Origin: Spirochaetaceae bacterium
GTDB lineage: Bacteria; Spirochaetota; Spirochaetia; DSM-2461
Reading direction: 5' to 3'
DNA: 64,000 nt
NCBI GenBank assembly: GCA_051531975.1
Contig: JAOPTT010000009.1
Location: 160,001-224,000 of the forward strand
Part shown: positions 40,657 through 51,546 of the stretch, one piece after another
Numbering within the stretch: position 1 is the stretch's first letter
Layout of the letters: the number at the start of each line of letters is the position of its first letter
Position numbers and translations under genes: made by a program
The notes under the pieces: model-generated
Database searches by the model: none
Seen by the model: the letters and a program-made list of their open reading frames with translations, nothing else
Told to the model about the DNA's origin: nothing

Positions 40657-41481
40657 TTATTTAACAAACTGCATTTCAACTGTTAATCCGCCATTTTCAT
40701 TGATATAACAATTGATTTTTCCATTCATTTTATAAACCACAAGATTGTAAACTAATGTCATTCCAAGGCCTCTATATGTAGTTCCCATTTTTGTTGTAAA
40801 AAAGGGTTCAAATATTCTTTTGATAATAGTGTCTTCCATTCCGGTACCATTATCCCCAACTTTTAAAAAGAGCCTATTATTTTCAGAAAAGACATCTATG
40901 TTTATTACACCAGCGGTTACATCTTTTAATCCATGTACAAGGGAATTATTTATTAGATTTGCAACTATTTGTGAAAATGCGGAAGGATAACTATTAAAAA
41001 TCAGATTCTCTTGAATTTTTGTTTTTATTTGGTGACCACTAATTGTAAAACCGTCTGTTCTACCTAAATACTCTATTTCATTTTTTAAGTATTCCGATAA
41101 ATTAAATTGTTCTCTATGATCTTCAATTTTACACACAGCAGTCTCTTTTATTTCGTTAATTAGTGATACCGCACTATTTAAATTGGATTGAACCATATCA
41201 ACAGAGGTTGAAATCATATCTAATTTATCTCTGAGTAGACTTTTACAGCACGATTTAGATGACAAGATGTCCTGAACTTCTTTTAGTAGAAGCTCGATAT
41301 AGGAAGAAGCTGTTATTCCTACACCTAGTGGAGTATTCATTGTGTGGGATATTCCATTTACTAAAAAAATCATAGCCCTCATTTTTTCAGATTCAATAGA
41401 TTTGTCCTGATTCTCTACAAGCTTATTAAATCTGATATTGTGTTTATTTTCTATTGAATGAGTTGGGTATGAATCTAACAT
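40657..41481 (-). CDS. Sensorless histidine kinase (HisKA + HATPase)
   Basis: SHTMNTPLG, NLINNS, DNGTGM, FEPFFTTK, GLG. Confidence 0.8.
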   Translation of the reverse strand: MLDSYPTHSIENKHNIRFNKLVENQDKSIESEKMRAMIFLVNGISHTMNTPLGVGITASSYIELLLKEVQDILSSKSCCKSLLRDKLDMISTSVDMVQSNLNSAVSLINEIKETAVCKIEDHREQFNLSEYLKNEIEYLGRTDGFTISGHQIKTKIQENLIFNSYPSAFSQIVANLINNSLVHGLKDVTAGVINIDVFSENNRLFLKVGDNGTGMEDTIIKRIFEPFFTTKMGTTYRGLGMTLVYNLVVYKMNGKINCYINENGGLTVEMQFVK

Positions 41482-41614
41482 AGGAATCTCCTTAAATATG
41501 CTCTAGTTTAATTATAAATCCATATGAATATTGGGGTAGTTTGATTTTTATGACTCTGTTTAATTAATAGGTTTTTGAATTTTAAATATTAACTTAATGT
41601 ATAAAAAAGCGTTC

Positions 41615-41651
41615 AGTAACATTGTGGACCCTGTGGATCCACAATGTTACT
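41615..41651 (-). terminator. Terminator hairpin after GH89 fusion
   Basis: 14-bp perfect stem agtaacattgtgga/tccacaatgttact. Confidence 0.75.
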
Positions 41652-44600
41652 ATCTTTTCCGTAGTGTCTGTATTACTTCTTGTAACTGGTAATTATTATC
41701 TTCAAGTAGGAGTCTACTTTCATTTTTATCAATTGAAAAAAGTTCTTTTAAAATAGTCTGTGCTCGTTTTTGCAGTTTTTCATTTACACAGGCCACCTCT
41801 ATCATATAAGAACCTTCAACCTTCCCAAGCTGTATCATCACGCTGGATGATAATGTATTTAGAACCTTTTTAGTTGCTGTCCCGGCTTTCATTCTTGTTG
41901 AACCACATACAACTTCAGGACCGCTGTTTAGAGCTATGTGTTGATCAAAAAACTCTATTTCAGGGTATATATCACTTATTAGAATTGTTAGGCATCCAAG
42001 ATCTTTTCCTGCTGCTAAGGCTGAACGGACGTAGTAGGCTGTAGAACTTGCTGATATTCCAATAATAACATCCTCGGGTTTAGGTTTAATAAGTAATAAT
42101 TCTGGTATAGAACTTGCGTCTTCTTCATAGTTATATTCAATATCAAGGCAAGCATCTGCCAGCCCTCCGGATATTAAAGTAATTGAGTCCTCTTTTGGAA
42201 AACCATATGTACAATTAAGTTCCACTGCATCAAGGGCTGCGATTCGTCCACTTGAACCACAACCTACATAAATAAGGCGTCCTCCGTTACGTATGCGTTC
42301 AGTAATTAATACTGTACATAATGAAATTTCAGGGAGACTCTTTTTTATTGCCCTACTTGATTCCAGTTCCGCCTCTAAGAAGAGTGTTGATAACTCCAAA
42401 GGTGACATGTTTTGTAACTGTAGTGTAGGGTTATATACATCCTCAGTTCTTAGTTTAGAGTGATCCCCACCAAATCGAGACTTTTCTGAAACGGATTCTG
42501 AATGTGCAAGAGCTGCGGCACCGATCATCTGAAGTAAATTACCATCTTTTAATACCCGTAGTGTTGTTGTTGTTCCTTCTAACTGTTTCTGCAAATTAAA
42601 ACCAGCACGGTTACATGCTTCAACCAACCCTCCGGAAATAAGTACTTCATCTAGTTGATACATCAGCACTGCTATTTGAACTGCTTCACGTAGGACTTTT
42701 AAATATTTTTTCCTTTCGCTTTCGAAAGATGGAAGATTAAAAAATGCTACAAGATCACCCTCTGCCAGGTCGGAGAGGGCGCTTGCACTAATACGTTCAT
42801 CCATTGATTTCCCATCTAAATACAGAGATCCCAGTAGTGTATATTCCCCTCCAGGTCGCCAACGTCGTCCACTTTTTAATACAGAAAAACCTAAGCCGGT
42901 TCCTATTACCATAAGACCAGTATTACCTTTTGTTGATATTAGTGACTTTTCAGAAGCTCCAATAAGGGCTGCATCAGCATCATTAATCAGTGAAACAGGG
43001 CAGTTAAAAAAATGCTTTAACTTATCTATCCACCCGCTTTCGTTTAAAGGTCGTAGATGTGGTGAACATTTCTCAACGCATGTACCATGGTAGTTAACGA
43101 TACCCGCAGTTGATATGACTATTGCATCCACACGGTTACTTCCTAACATTTCTATTAGGCGTATAATCGTAAAAAATAAGTCATCGCTACTGGCTTTTTG
43201 TCCTAAAGGGCTTCTTACCTTCTTTGTCGGTGAAATCTTTTGTGGATGTACACCAACAGCAAGTGAGCCCTTAATCCAGCTACCACCAATATCGATTAAT
43301 ATATATTTCACTCTATTTTTTTTATATTTATTAGTCAGCTTTTTTACAATTTTATACTCATCTGTATATGCTTCTTCTGTGATTGAAGGATGTATAACCC
43401 AATCCCATTCAAGTATATTCATCTGTTTATTAAGTTTATCCTCATCTATCGGGTTACCTTCTCTTAAAGAACAACTACAAGCATCAAAAAATAGTTGCCA
43501 GCGTGGAAGGTGATATGTTAAATACATAGCGCTAAGATCTCTGTTTGCATAATCAACCAGTTCGTTGTTATCAAGGCTTCCCCATTTACTTATTATATTC
43601 CTTGCATCCTTCTCATAATATTCGATCTCATTTGTTGTTTCTCCTGTATTTCGCACTAAATTCAACCAGCTGTCTAATCTGAATTCTGAGCGGCTAGACA
43701 ATAGTGATGCAATATCCTTGATAAGGTCTTCAAACTCTATTCTATATTTATTAAAATCATTAATGTTTTTCTCTATATATGCTTTGTATATTTTTTTTCG
43801 TATTACACCTGAATGATTAACCAGAAATTCTCTTGTAAAATTCACCAGATCAAAACGGAATCTATCATTAGCTAAACAATTACTATAGGCAATACATAAT
43901 AGCTCGATTGCTTCTAGAAGAGTAGAATTATCATATCCTACAGTATCATCACCCCAAAGGCATGAACGGCCATCAAGTCCAGGGCGAGTCCTGATAAATC
44001 CTCCACAAAAAAGTTCAGGATTGGTATAATGGGAATAAATGGACTTATGTAGCAGGCTCCAAGCCTTTTTCACATTTTTGTCATCCTTTCCACACCGTCG
44101 TTCAGCATAAGATTGAATCCATTTTGAAGTGTCTATTGGTTCATCCTGCCATATCCTCTCTAATAAATAATCATAGACATGTGGATTATCATCTAAACCT
44201 TCTAAGGTTAAACCTATACCTGTCATAGTTTCTGTTCTACTATCAGTGAATGCTTTATTAAGTTTTTCCTCTATCAGATCTATTGGTCCAAGAAGTTTAG
44301 TTTGACCACCAAAATTTCCAAGATAACACCATAAGAAATTCTGAGAGTAGAAGCCATCAGTCTCTCTCCATAACTCTCTATTTTCACAATAATAATCCAA
44401 CATGATCAATTTATCTTTAGGTACTGCACTTAAATATGCCTTTACTCTTGGTGGTGTCCACTGCTCACTGTTATGGTAAAATAACCAACTCATCTGCAAC
44501 CAGACAGCATTGTTATTACTTTTTTTTAGAGAATTATAAATTGTCTCTGAGACTTCAGCTAGATAGTCAGGTTCCCAACTAGGAGGAATCAGTTCATTAA

Positions 44601-45480
44601 ATGGATCAGCTGCATAAACCTCACAATAGCCAAATTGTTTTTCCTGTTCTTTAAGAAATAGTTTCTGAATTTTATCAAAGTAGGGATCCTGTGGATCAAG
44701 AAACCATGTACTAAATTCCCTCTCAAAACCATTCCATGATTCCAATTGTTTGATACTTATTTCCGGAATGTATTTTGTAATCTCAAATGGGATATGCCCG
44801 CAGAATGCAGGTAGAACAGGGCGCATATTGAAACTCCTCTGTCGGGATAGAATCTTTTTCTGTAGTTTTTTTTGATTAATAATATAGCTCTCTGGAAGAG
44901 CGCCACCCCATTTATCTATAATTCCCATTCTTTGGAAGGGGAGATATGCTGGTCCAGTAAAAAAGTTAAGTATCTCTTTTTTACTTAAACCAAGTTGATT
45001 CCAGACTGTTTGCCAAATGGCTTCTTGTCCTGTTATTGCGAGTGGCATATTTATTCCATTAAGAGCCATCCAGTCTATAAGGCGTTCCCACTCATTCCAG
45101 CCCCAATATGGCATTGAATAGGAAAAAGTACAGTAATTCAAAAAAAATCTATCTTTTAATATTGATGATTTCCATACAGGTGTAGCTTGGGGTAGAACAT
45201 CTGGAACTTCTACAGGATTTTCTACTAACCAGCTTACCATGGTTTTACAGTCATATTTTAGATAGTGGTTTAATGCACAACATATCGATAGGTTATTATT
45301 ACCGGATAATACTATTTTACCGTTGTTATTACTAATCTCAAAATATTCATCATTATCATAGTTTTTTAATAGTTTTAATTCAAATCTTTCCTCATGCTGA
45401 GGTATCAGACGATGTATCATTTCACTTAAAGCCCGTTTGTCTTCATGCTCTGCTAAACTCTTATATATTTTAGTTTTCAT
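41650..45480 (-). CDS. GH89 alpha-N-acetylglucosaminidase + ROK sugar kinase + MurQ-like SIS etherase fusion
   Basis: NYCTFSYSM, DWMALNGINMPLA, DPFNE (GH89); IDIGGS, INDADAA, GTGLG (ROK); GRLIYVGCGSSGR..LDAVE, GPEVVCGSTRMKAGTATK (MurQ). Confidence 0.85.
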   Translation of the reverse strand: MKTKIYKSLAEHEDKRALSEMIHRLIPQHEERFELKLLKNYDNDEYFEISNNNGKIVLSGNNNLSICCALNHYLKYDCKTMVSWLVENPVEVPDVLPQATPVWKSSILKDRFFLNYCTFSYSMPYWGWNEWERLIDWMALNGINMPLAITGQEAIWQTVWNQLGLSKKEILNFFTGPAYLPFQRMGIIDKWGGALPESYIINQKKLQKKILSRQRSFNMRPVLPAFCGHIPFEITKYIPEISIKQLESWNGFEREFSTWFLDPQDPYFDKIQKLFLKEQEKQFGYCEVYAADPFNELIPPSWEPDYLAEVSETIYNSLKKSNNNAVWLQMSWLFYHNSEQWTPPRVKAYLSAVPKDKLIMLDYYCENRELWRETDGFYSQNFLWCYLGNFGGQTKLLGPIDLIEEKLNKAFTDSRTETMTGIGLTLEGLDDNPHVYDYLLERIWQDEPIDTSKWIQSYAERRCGKDDKNVKKAWSLLHKSIYSHYTNPELFCGGFIRTRPGLDGRSCLWGDDTVGYDNSTLLEAIELLCIAYSNCLANDRFRFDLVNFTREFLVNHSGVIRKKIYKAYIEKNINDFNKYRIEFEDLIKDIASLLSSRSEFRLDSWLNLVRNTGETTNEIEYYEKDARNIISKWGSLDNNELVDYANRDLSAMYLTYHLPRWQLFFDACSCSLREGNPIDEDKLNKQMNILEWDWVIHPSITEEAYTDEYKIVKKLTNKYKKNRVKYILIDIGGSWIKGSLAVGVHPQKISPTKKVRSPLGQKASSDDLFFTIIRLIEMLGSNRVDAIVISTAGIVNYHGTCVEKCSPHLRPLNESGWIDKLKHFFNCPVSLINDADAALIGASEKSLISTKGNTGLMVIGTGLGFSVLKSGRRWRPGGEYTLLGSLYLDGKSMDERISASALSDLAEGDLVAFFNLPSFESERKKYLKVLREAVQIAVLMYQLDEVLISGGLVEACNRAGFNLQKQLEGTTTTLRVLKDGNLLQMIGAAALAHSESVSEKSRFGGDHSKLRTEDVYNPTLQLQNMSPLELSTLFLEAELESSRAIKKSLPEISLCTVLITERIRNGGRLIYVGCGSSGRIAALDAVELNCTYGFPKEDSITLISGGLADACLDIEYNYEEDASSIPELLLIKPKPEDVIIGISASSTAYYVRSALAAGKDLGCLTILISDIYPEIEFFDQHIALNSGPEVVCGSTRMKAGTATKKVLNTLSSSVMIQLGKVEGSYMIEVACVNEKLQKRAQTILKELFSIDKNESRLLLEDNNYQLQEVIQTLRKR

Positions 45481-45598
45481 ATGAACTCCTCTTATATATT
45501 CTTGTATTTTTATTGCTCTGGATTTAAAGTATAGATATCATTTTAGATCATATGGCTATATTGTATTTAGCAATTTCATTCACAATTGGGGGCAATTT

Positions 45599-46423
45599 AT
45601 GTCAATGTCAAAGTTAAAAGGAATCACTCCAACATATACAGCACCAAATGTTACTGTGCATCAAAACAGATGCCCTATAGAGAAATTTTCAGGGGCATGG
45701 TTTCTTAAAATACCTAAAGAGGTGACAACTGTAACTTTTACTCCTCCAGGGCATCTGCTTCATTATATTATTAAAGGTGAATATGTAGTTTTAATAGAAG
45801 GTAGGGAATATAAAGTTAAACAAGGCGATATTATTTATTATTATGGTGTGGAAGAAGTCGCAGCTATTAATAAGGCAGAGGCGGTAGAGTTTTATTCAAT
45901 ATCCTTTCATGCTCCTGATCTTAATTTTAATACTGGTGATAACAGGGTATTTCATGACCAGAAATTTATGAAGCCATTATTTGAAACTATTTATACTAAT
46001 AATAATATGCCGGGGTTACACTCTCTTATCACAATTTTTGATAACCTTTTTCAAATTATAGGCAACTTAATTATTAAAGAAACAATGTTAATTCAACAAC
46101 ATACGCACTCTGAGTTGTGGGATAGGGTTGAGCGTTATATAAAAGAGAATCGTATGTTTCGACTTTCGATTACAGAGCTATCTGAATGGGGTGGTGTAAG
46201 TGCATCATCCCTTCACCGTTCATGTATAAATCACTGTGGTGTGAGCCCTGGTAAAAGAATGAAAATGCTTCGTATGGCTGAAGCAAAAGGTTTAATACAA
46301 TTTACAGAACTTTCAATTTCTGAGATCTCTATAGAACTTGGGTATGAGAGACCACATGAGTTATCTAGGGAGGTGAAACACTTTTTTGGTGAATCTCCTA
46401 TGAGGTTAAGACAATCAATATAA
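45599..46423 (+). CDS. AraC family regulator
   Basis: Cupin domain + LGYERPHELSREVKHFFGESP. Confidence 0.88.
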   Translation: MSMSKLKGITPTYTAPNVTVHQNRCPIEKFSGAWFLKIPKEVTTVTFTPPGHLLHYIIKGEYVVLIEGREYKVKQGDIIYYYGVEEVAAINKAEAVEFYSISFHAPDLNFNTGDNRVFHDQKFMKPLFETIYTNNNMPGLHSLITIFDNLFQIIGNLIIKETMLIQQHTHSELWDRVERYIKENRMFRLSITELSEWGGVSASSLHRSCINHCGVSPGKRMKMLRMAEAKGLIQFTELSISEISIELGYERPHELSREVKHFFGESPMRLRQSI

Positions 46424-46450
46424 AATAATACTGCAATACTTTCGAGGTTT

Positions 46451-47254
46451 TTATAGGGGAAGTGTTTTTCTATATTCCGATGGGGATATACTATTATGGC
46501 GTTTAAAAATACGCCAAAAATAATGAATAGAACTAAATCCACAATGTTCTGCTATCACCTCAATATTTAATGTACTGTTTAATAATAGTGCTTTGGCATG
46601 ACTTAGCCTTGTTATTAAAAGATCATTTAAAGGTGATACCAAAAAAAACTTTTTATATAGTACTGAGAAGCGACTGGAACTAAGAGGGACAAGAGTGGAC
46701 ATTTCATCTATTGTCCATTTTTTATCATATGATTGTTGTACTGTCATTCGAATATCCTGAAATACTGGTAGTAGTTCCTTCTGTCTTTCACTTAGGAAAT
46801 TATCAGATTTGTTATTAACTCCTCGGGCTATCTCAAGGAGAATTCCTCTAATCAGTAGATCAATCTTCTCTCTCCAGTAACTATCTTTAAGAATGCTCTC
46901 TTTTTGAAGTTCAAAAAATTGTGTTAATAATTTCACATCCTGAGTGAGTTTAATAGGTATATTTATTGGTATGTTTAACTCATTAATTAATCCCTCGATA
47001 CTTTCGTCATTAAATATAAACCAGTTGTTTTTAAAACATTTGTCTATTCCCTGATGCCATTGGGGGTAGTTTGGTGAATTAATTAGAATCTCTCCAGGTG
47101 TACCATCAATCACTCCTTTTGGGGTTTTTACTCTAAAGGCAGTTGTAAAGTGCATAAATACCCAATCCCCAAAACCATTTCTGTTTTTGTATGTATCATC
47201 AGCAGATCTATCTGGATAATTTAGAGATAAACCAATCATTTTTAAGTCAATCAT
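46451..47254 (-). CDS. AraC family regulator
   Basis: CGFSSIHYFWRIFKR...SPSEYR; start moved to ATG 47254. Confidence 0.88.
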   Translation of the reverse strand: MIDLKMIGLSLNYPDRSADDTYKNRNGFGDWVFMHFTTAFRVKTPKGVIDGTPGEILINSPNYPQWHQGIDKCFKNNWFIFNDESIEGLINELNIPINIPIKLTQDVKLLTQFFELQKESILKDSYWREKIDLLIRGILLEIARGVNNKSDNFLSERQKELLPVFQDIRMTVQQSYDKKWTIDEMSTLVPLSSSRFSVLYKKFFLVSPLNDLLITRLSHAKALLLNSTLNIEVIAEHCGFSSIHYFWRIFKRHNSISPSEYRKTLPL

Positions 47255-47336
47255 AATTGTAATAATAAAAGGATAGTGCAAATTGTCAAGGGAATATGAT
47301 ATGTACTTATGCCTATGGTGGGACTATTGTTAGTAC

Positions 47337-49385
47337 ATGAAAAATAAAGAATTACGATTTAGACAGATACATCTGGATTTTCATACATCTCCAGTTATTG
47401 AAGGTATCGGAGAGCACTTCGATAAAACCAAGTTCCAGCAAGCTCTACTTGCAGGACATGTAGACTCTATTACCTGTTTTTCTTCATGTCACCACGGCCT
47501 AAGTTATCACCCTACTAAGGTTGGAACAGTACATCCTAATCTTAAAATAGACTTACTTAGAGCTCAACTAGATGCTTGTCACGAAATAGATGTAAAAGTT
47601 CCAGTATATCTAACTGCTGGAGTAGACAATCTTGCTGCAGAAGAACATCCTGAATGGAGGGAAATAGATAAAGATGGAAGTATTACCGGTTGGACATCAT
47701 CACCACTTGATCCCGGTTTTAAAACATTGTGTTTTAATTCTCCATATTTGGAATATTTATGCTCTAAAATAAATGAGGTTGTTACTTTATACCCTGAATC
47801 AGATGGAATCTTTTTAGATATTATATCGCAAAGTGAATGCTGCTGCCCGTATTGTATGGAGGTAATGAAAAAGAATGATCTTAATCCAACTATCAGGGTA
47901 GACCGACTAAAATGTTCAGAAATTGCATTGATCTCATATTATCAGAAAACAACTGAAGCTTGTAAAATAATTGATTCTAACATGCCTATTTTCCACAATA
48001 GTGGAAATATACCTGTAGGTAGAAGGGATATTTTTAAATATTTCAGCCATCATGAGTTGGAATCACTACCAACTGGAGGCTGGGGATATGATCATTTCCC
48101 ATTCACAGCAAAATATACAGCAGGACTGGAACAGGATTTTCTTGGTATGACAGGAAAATTTCATACTACATGGGGAGAGTTTGGAGGATTTAAACATCCT
48201 AATGCTTTAAGATATGAGTGTTCAGCTATGCTTGCTTATGGTGCAAAATGCAGTATTGGAGATCAGTTACACCCCTCTGGAATTATGGATGAAACTACAT
48301 ACCGTATAATTGGTGAAGCTTATAGTGAAGTGGAGAAGAAAGAGGACTGGTGTAATAACAGTAAAAATATTGCAGATATTGCTATACTGAATATCACTGG
48401 AAATCATGAACGACTGGATGGTTTATGGGATCCAAAAAGGGTGGAGCAGGCAGGGGACATTGGTGCCTCTAGAGTTCTTCTTGAGGGTCACTTTTTATTT
48501 GATGTAATAGATGATGAAATGGACTTTTCTAAATATAGAGTTATTATACTTCCTGATGATATTAAAACAGATCCATGGCTTAAAAATAAGCTTGATAAAT
48601 ATCTATCAAATGGTGGAAAATTGTTTATTACAGGTGAAAGTGGGGTTAATGAAAATGGAGAATCTCTGTTTGATATCGGTGGGAATATAGGTGCTATTAG
48701 CAAGTTCTCACCAGATTATATACAACCCCATAAGGATTTCTGTTCAAAGTTTTTATCCTCACCAATGGTTATGTATACTAAGGGTCGAAGGTTAAATGTT
48801 ACCCATGGGAAATCCCTTGGAAGAGTTTTTGATCCTTATTTTAATAGGGCATATAATCACTTTTGCAGTCATCAGCACACTCCCTTTTCTATGGAGCAGT
48901 CAAAATATGATTGTGGTGTATTAACAGATAATATTGTTTATATTCCACATAAAATATTTTCCCTATACCGTCTTTATGGTGCGGTAGTATATAAGGATTT
49001 TATTATAAAGACACTTAATGCCTTAATTAGAGAACAAAAAACTGTAACTGTTAACCTTCCATCTACTGCAAGACTTACAATTACAAGCCAGGATGCAAAA
49101 AGTAGAAAAATTATACATCTATTATATGGAAATACTGTTACTCGTGGTGGTGGTATGAATTTCATCGATGATACCGGTGAAAATGGCAAAGAGATCAAAT
49201 CTATAGAGGTTATAGAAGAACTTCTACCACTTTATGATATTGATATACAGATAAAAACCAATAAACCTAAGGCTGTATTGCTAGAACCTCAGCATAAAAT
49301 GATAGATTTTAAATGGAATGATAATCTACTTGATATTACTGTTGAAAAATTTACATGTCATCAGATGGTTGTTATACAGGAGTAA
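47337..49385 (+). CDS. GH151-like alpha-L-fucosidase (GHL6 + beta-galactosidase trimerisation domain)
   Basis: RQIHLDFHTS, CHHG.SY, DGIFLDI, ELESLPTGGWGY, GKFHTTWGEFGG. Confidence 0.75.
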   Translation: MKNKELRFRQIHLDFHTSPVIEGIGEHFDKTKFQQALLAGHVDSITCFSSCHHGLSYHPTKVGTVHPNLKIDLLRAQLDACHEIDVKVPVYLTAGVDNLAAEEHPEWREIDKDGSITGWTSSPLDPGFKTLCFNSPYLEYLCSKINEVVTLYPESDGIFLDIISQSECCCPYCMEVMKKNDLNPTIRVDRLKCSEIALISYYQKTTEACKIIDSNMPIFHNSGNIPVGRRDIFKYFSHHELESLPTGGWGYDHFPFTAKYTAGLEQDFLGMTGKFHTTWGEFGGFKHPNALRYECSAMLAYGAKCSIGDQLHPSGIMDETTYRIIGEAYSEVEKKEDWCNNSKNIADIAILNITGNHERLDGLWDPKRVEQAGDIGASRVLLEGHFLFDVIDDEMDFSKYRVIILPDDIKTDPWLKNKLDKYLSNGGKLFITGESGVNENGESLFDIGGNIGAISKFSPDYIQPHKDFCSKFLSSPMVMYTKGRRLNVTHGKSLGRVFDPYFNRAYNHFCSHQHTPFSMEQSKYDCGVLTDNIVYIPHKIFSLYRLYGAVVYKDFIIKTLNALIREQKTVTVNLPSTARLTITSQDAKSRKIIHLLYGNTVTRGGGMNFIDDTGENGKEIKSIEVIEELLPLYDIDIQIKTNKPKAVLLEPQHKMIDFKWNDNLLDITVEKFTCHQMVVIQE

Positions 49386-49402
49386 TATTTTTTCTTCTTA
49401 TT

Positions 49403-49446
49403 AAAGAGTCAATATATTCCGGAATACTGTTATATATTGACTCTTT
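49403..49446. terminator. Bidirectional terminator
   Basis: aaagagtcaatatat/atatattgactcttt stem with T tract, between convergent genes. Confidence 0.75.
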
Positions 49447-49460
49447 TTTATCAAATGAGG

Positions 49461-50513
49461 TTAGGAGTTCTTATTACCCCAGTCGTAAAAAGCTTGTAGT
49501 AGTGTAAAATATTTATCCATAGGCAGGTATTTAGGTACAGAGTTTCCAGTTCCTAAGGCATAGGATCCTTTAGCGGCTGTTCTTTCTAACATTTCATAAC
49601 ATCTATTATAAACTGCTTCTTTAGAGCTTCTAATAATGAAATCCACATCAATTCCACCCATTATTGATATTCTACCCTGGTATTTCTCCCAGGCATCCTC
49701 TACAGGCATTATTGCATCTTCATAGGAGTGTTTTCCTTCGTATTTTAAGTCATTAATAACCACATCCATTATAGGGTATATATTTCCACAGGAGTGAAGA
49801 ACTACAGGCCTGCCTGAATCATGTATAACATCAGTTATTTTCTGATGCCATGGGAAAAGCCAGTCTTCCATTTGTGATGGTGATAAAAATGTCTGGGTAT
49901 TAAAACCCCAGTCATCGTTGGATATACAGGCTCCTACAACTTCAAACTCACATATTTTTTTATAATATTCCACCAGACGAATTCCTACAGCATCAAATAG
50001 ATCTTTTACAAGCCCCGGTTCATCTATCATCATATAACTAAGATTTTCAAAACCTACAAGTGCAATTACATTTTCCTCAACTCCACCGGGACCACTGGCT
50101 ACAAGTTTCATACCATTAGGAATATAAGGCATTATATCTTCTATAAAAGACCAGTCTATATCTTTAACTTCCGGCCACTTGAAATTCTCAAACGATTCAC
50201 GGTCTACAATATCAGACCCGTCATTAAGGGAGTATGATTTTGATTCCTTCTGGTCGTGAACCACAAAAGTAAATTCTGCTGGAGACATTAATGTTGCATA
50301 ATCATATCCAGCATTATTAAATGCATTAATCATTTTAAACCGTCTCTGAAAATCTTCTGACCCTGGGGGGATTTCCATTCCCTCGGTTAACTTATCGTAG
50401 ACATCATCATTCATATAAAACTCAAATAGAACCGGTCTATCTGTTTTTTCCTGTTTTAAAACCTTAAGTAGATAGTTAAAGTCCGCTTTCCATTTTACTT
50501 TTCTTTTATTCAT
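49461..50513 (-). CDS. Uroporphyrinogen decarboxylase (URO-D)-fold protein
   Basis: NDDWG, LHSCGN, MGGIDV, GTGNSVP. Confidence 0.8.
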   Translation of the reverse strand: MNKRKVKWKADFNYLLKVLKQEKTDRPVLFEFYMNDDVYDKLTEGMEIPPGSEDFQRRFKMINAFNNAGYDYATLMSPAEFTFVVHDQKESKSYSLNDGSDIVDRESFENFKWPEVKDIDWSFIEDIMPYIPNGMKLVASGPGGVEENVIALVGFENLSYMMIDEPGLVKDLFDAVGIRLVEYYKKICEFEVVGACISNDDWGFNTQTFLSPSQMEDWLFPWHQKITDVIHDSGRPVVLHSCGNIYPIMDVVINDLKYEGKHSYEDAIMPVEDAWEKYQGRISIMGGIDVDFIIRSSKEAVYNRCYEMLERTAAKGSYALGTGNSVPKYLPMDKYFTLLQAFYDWGNKNS

Positions 50514-50614
50514 ATAATGCTCCTCTAATTTTATATGTAATTATATTCCAGTAAGAATGTTGCTGTCTTTGTTTTTAATAAGTATAATTTGTTCTAACCG
50601 ATCTAATTTAGGAG

Positions 50615-51541
50615 ATGTTTATGCCTATTTATTACATGCAAAAAGAGAATTATAGTAGTCAGTTTAAAAATATTCATCCATTTGTTAGGCAGTGTGGTAA
50701 TAATAGAAGAGGCCGATGGAGTATTATGAATCGTAAACTCCTTGACTACCTATTGATATATGTTAAAGAGGGTGAGGGTATATTTTCATTAGATTCTAAA
50801 AGCTATAAGGTTAGATCTGGCGATCTATTTTGTATCCCTCCAGATGTTGTCTGTAGTCTACGAGGTGTTAGTGAGTCTATGGTTTGTCCCTTTGTTCATT
50901 TCGATCTTATTTATAGGGATCCAGAGAGTCACTGGGACTTTGTGATTCCAGAAAATACTACAAACCTTGAAAAATGGATTGAACATAAACATCCAATTCT
51001 TGAACCTGATTCCATTTTTCATAAATTAACTGGCCATCATCGGTTAGGCTCCTCTATTACAATTGGTAGTCTAATTGAGGATATATGTCATGATTCAGCA
51101 AAGATGTTACCATATTACCCCATTACACAGACGGGTCGTTTGTACCAGATTCTAGGGTTAATTTTAAAAGATAAAATGAATGAGGGAACTGATTTACAAT
51201 CTTTTGGAGACCGTTTTACCGGGCTTTCTCAATTTATTAGACTTAAGATACGTGAAAAAAAGTCCATGGATGATGTTGTTACAGTAAGTGATTGTGCTAA
51301 ATTTTGTAATCTCTCAGAAAGCTATCTAAGAAAAGTCTTTTCCAACTTTTATGGAATGTCTCCAAGAGATTACATTGTTAATATGCGTCTACAATATGCA
51401 AAGGAACTTTTACATTATCCAGAGTTCTCAATAACAGATGTGGCTTTAGCATGTGGGTATGAGTCCATTCATTCGTTCTCAAAAATTTTTAAAAAGATTA
51501 ATGGTTTAACACCAAGTTCTTATAGAATGGGGTTACTCTAA
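50615..51541 (+). CDS. AraC family regulator
   Basis: CGYESIHSFSKIFKKINGLTPSSYR. Confidence 0.9.
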   Translation: MFMPIYYMQKENYSSQFKNIHPFVRQCGNNRRGRWSIMNRKLLDYLLIYVKEGEGIFSLDSKSYKVRSGDLFCIPPDVVCSLRGVSESMVCPFVHFDLIYRDPESHWDFVIPENTTNLEKWIEHKHPILEPDSIFHKLTGHHRLGSSITIGSLIEDICHDSAKMLPYYPITQTGRLYQILGLILKDKMNEGTDLQSFGDRFTGLSQFIRLKIREKKSMDDVVTVSDCAKFCNLSESYLRKVFSNFYGMSPRDYIVNMRLQYAKELLHYPEFSITDVALACGYESIHSFSKIFKKINGLTPSSYRMGLL

Positions 51542-51546
51542 TTTAG

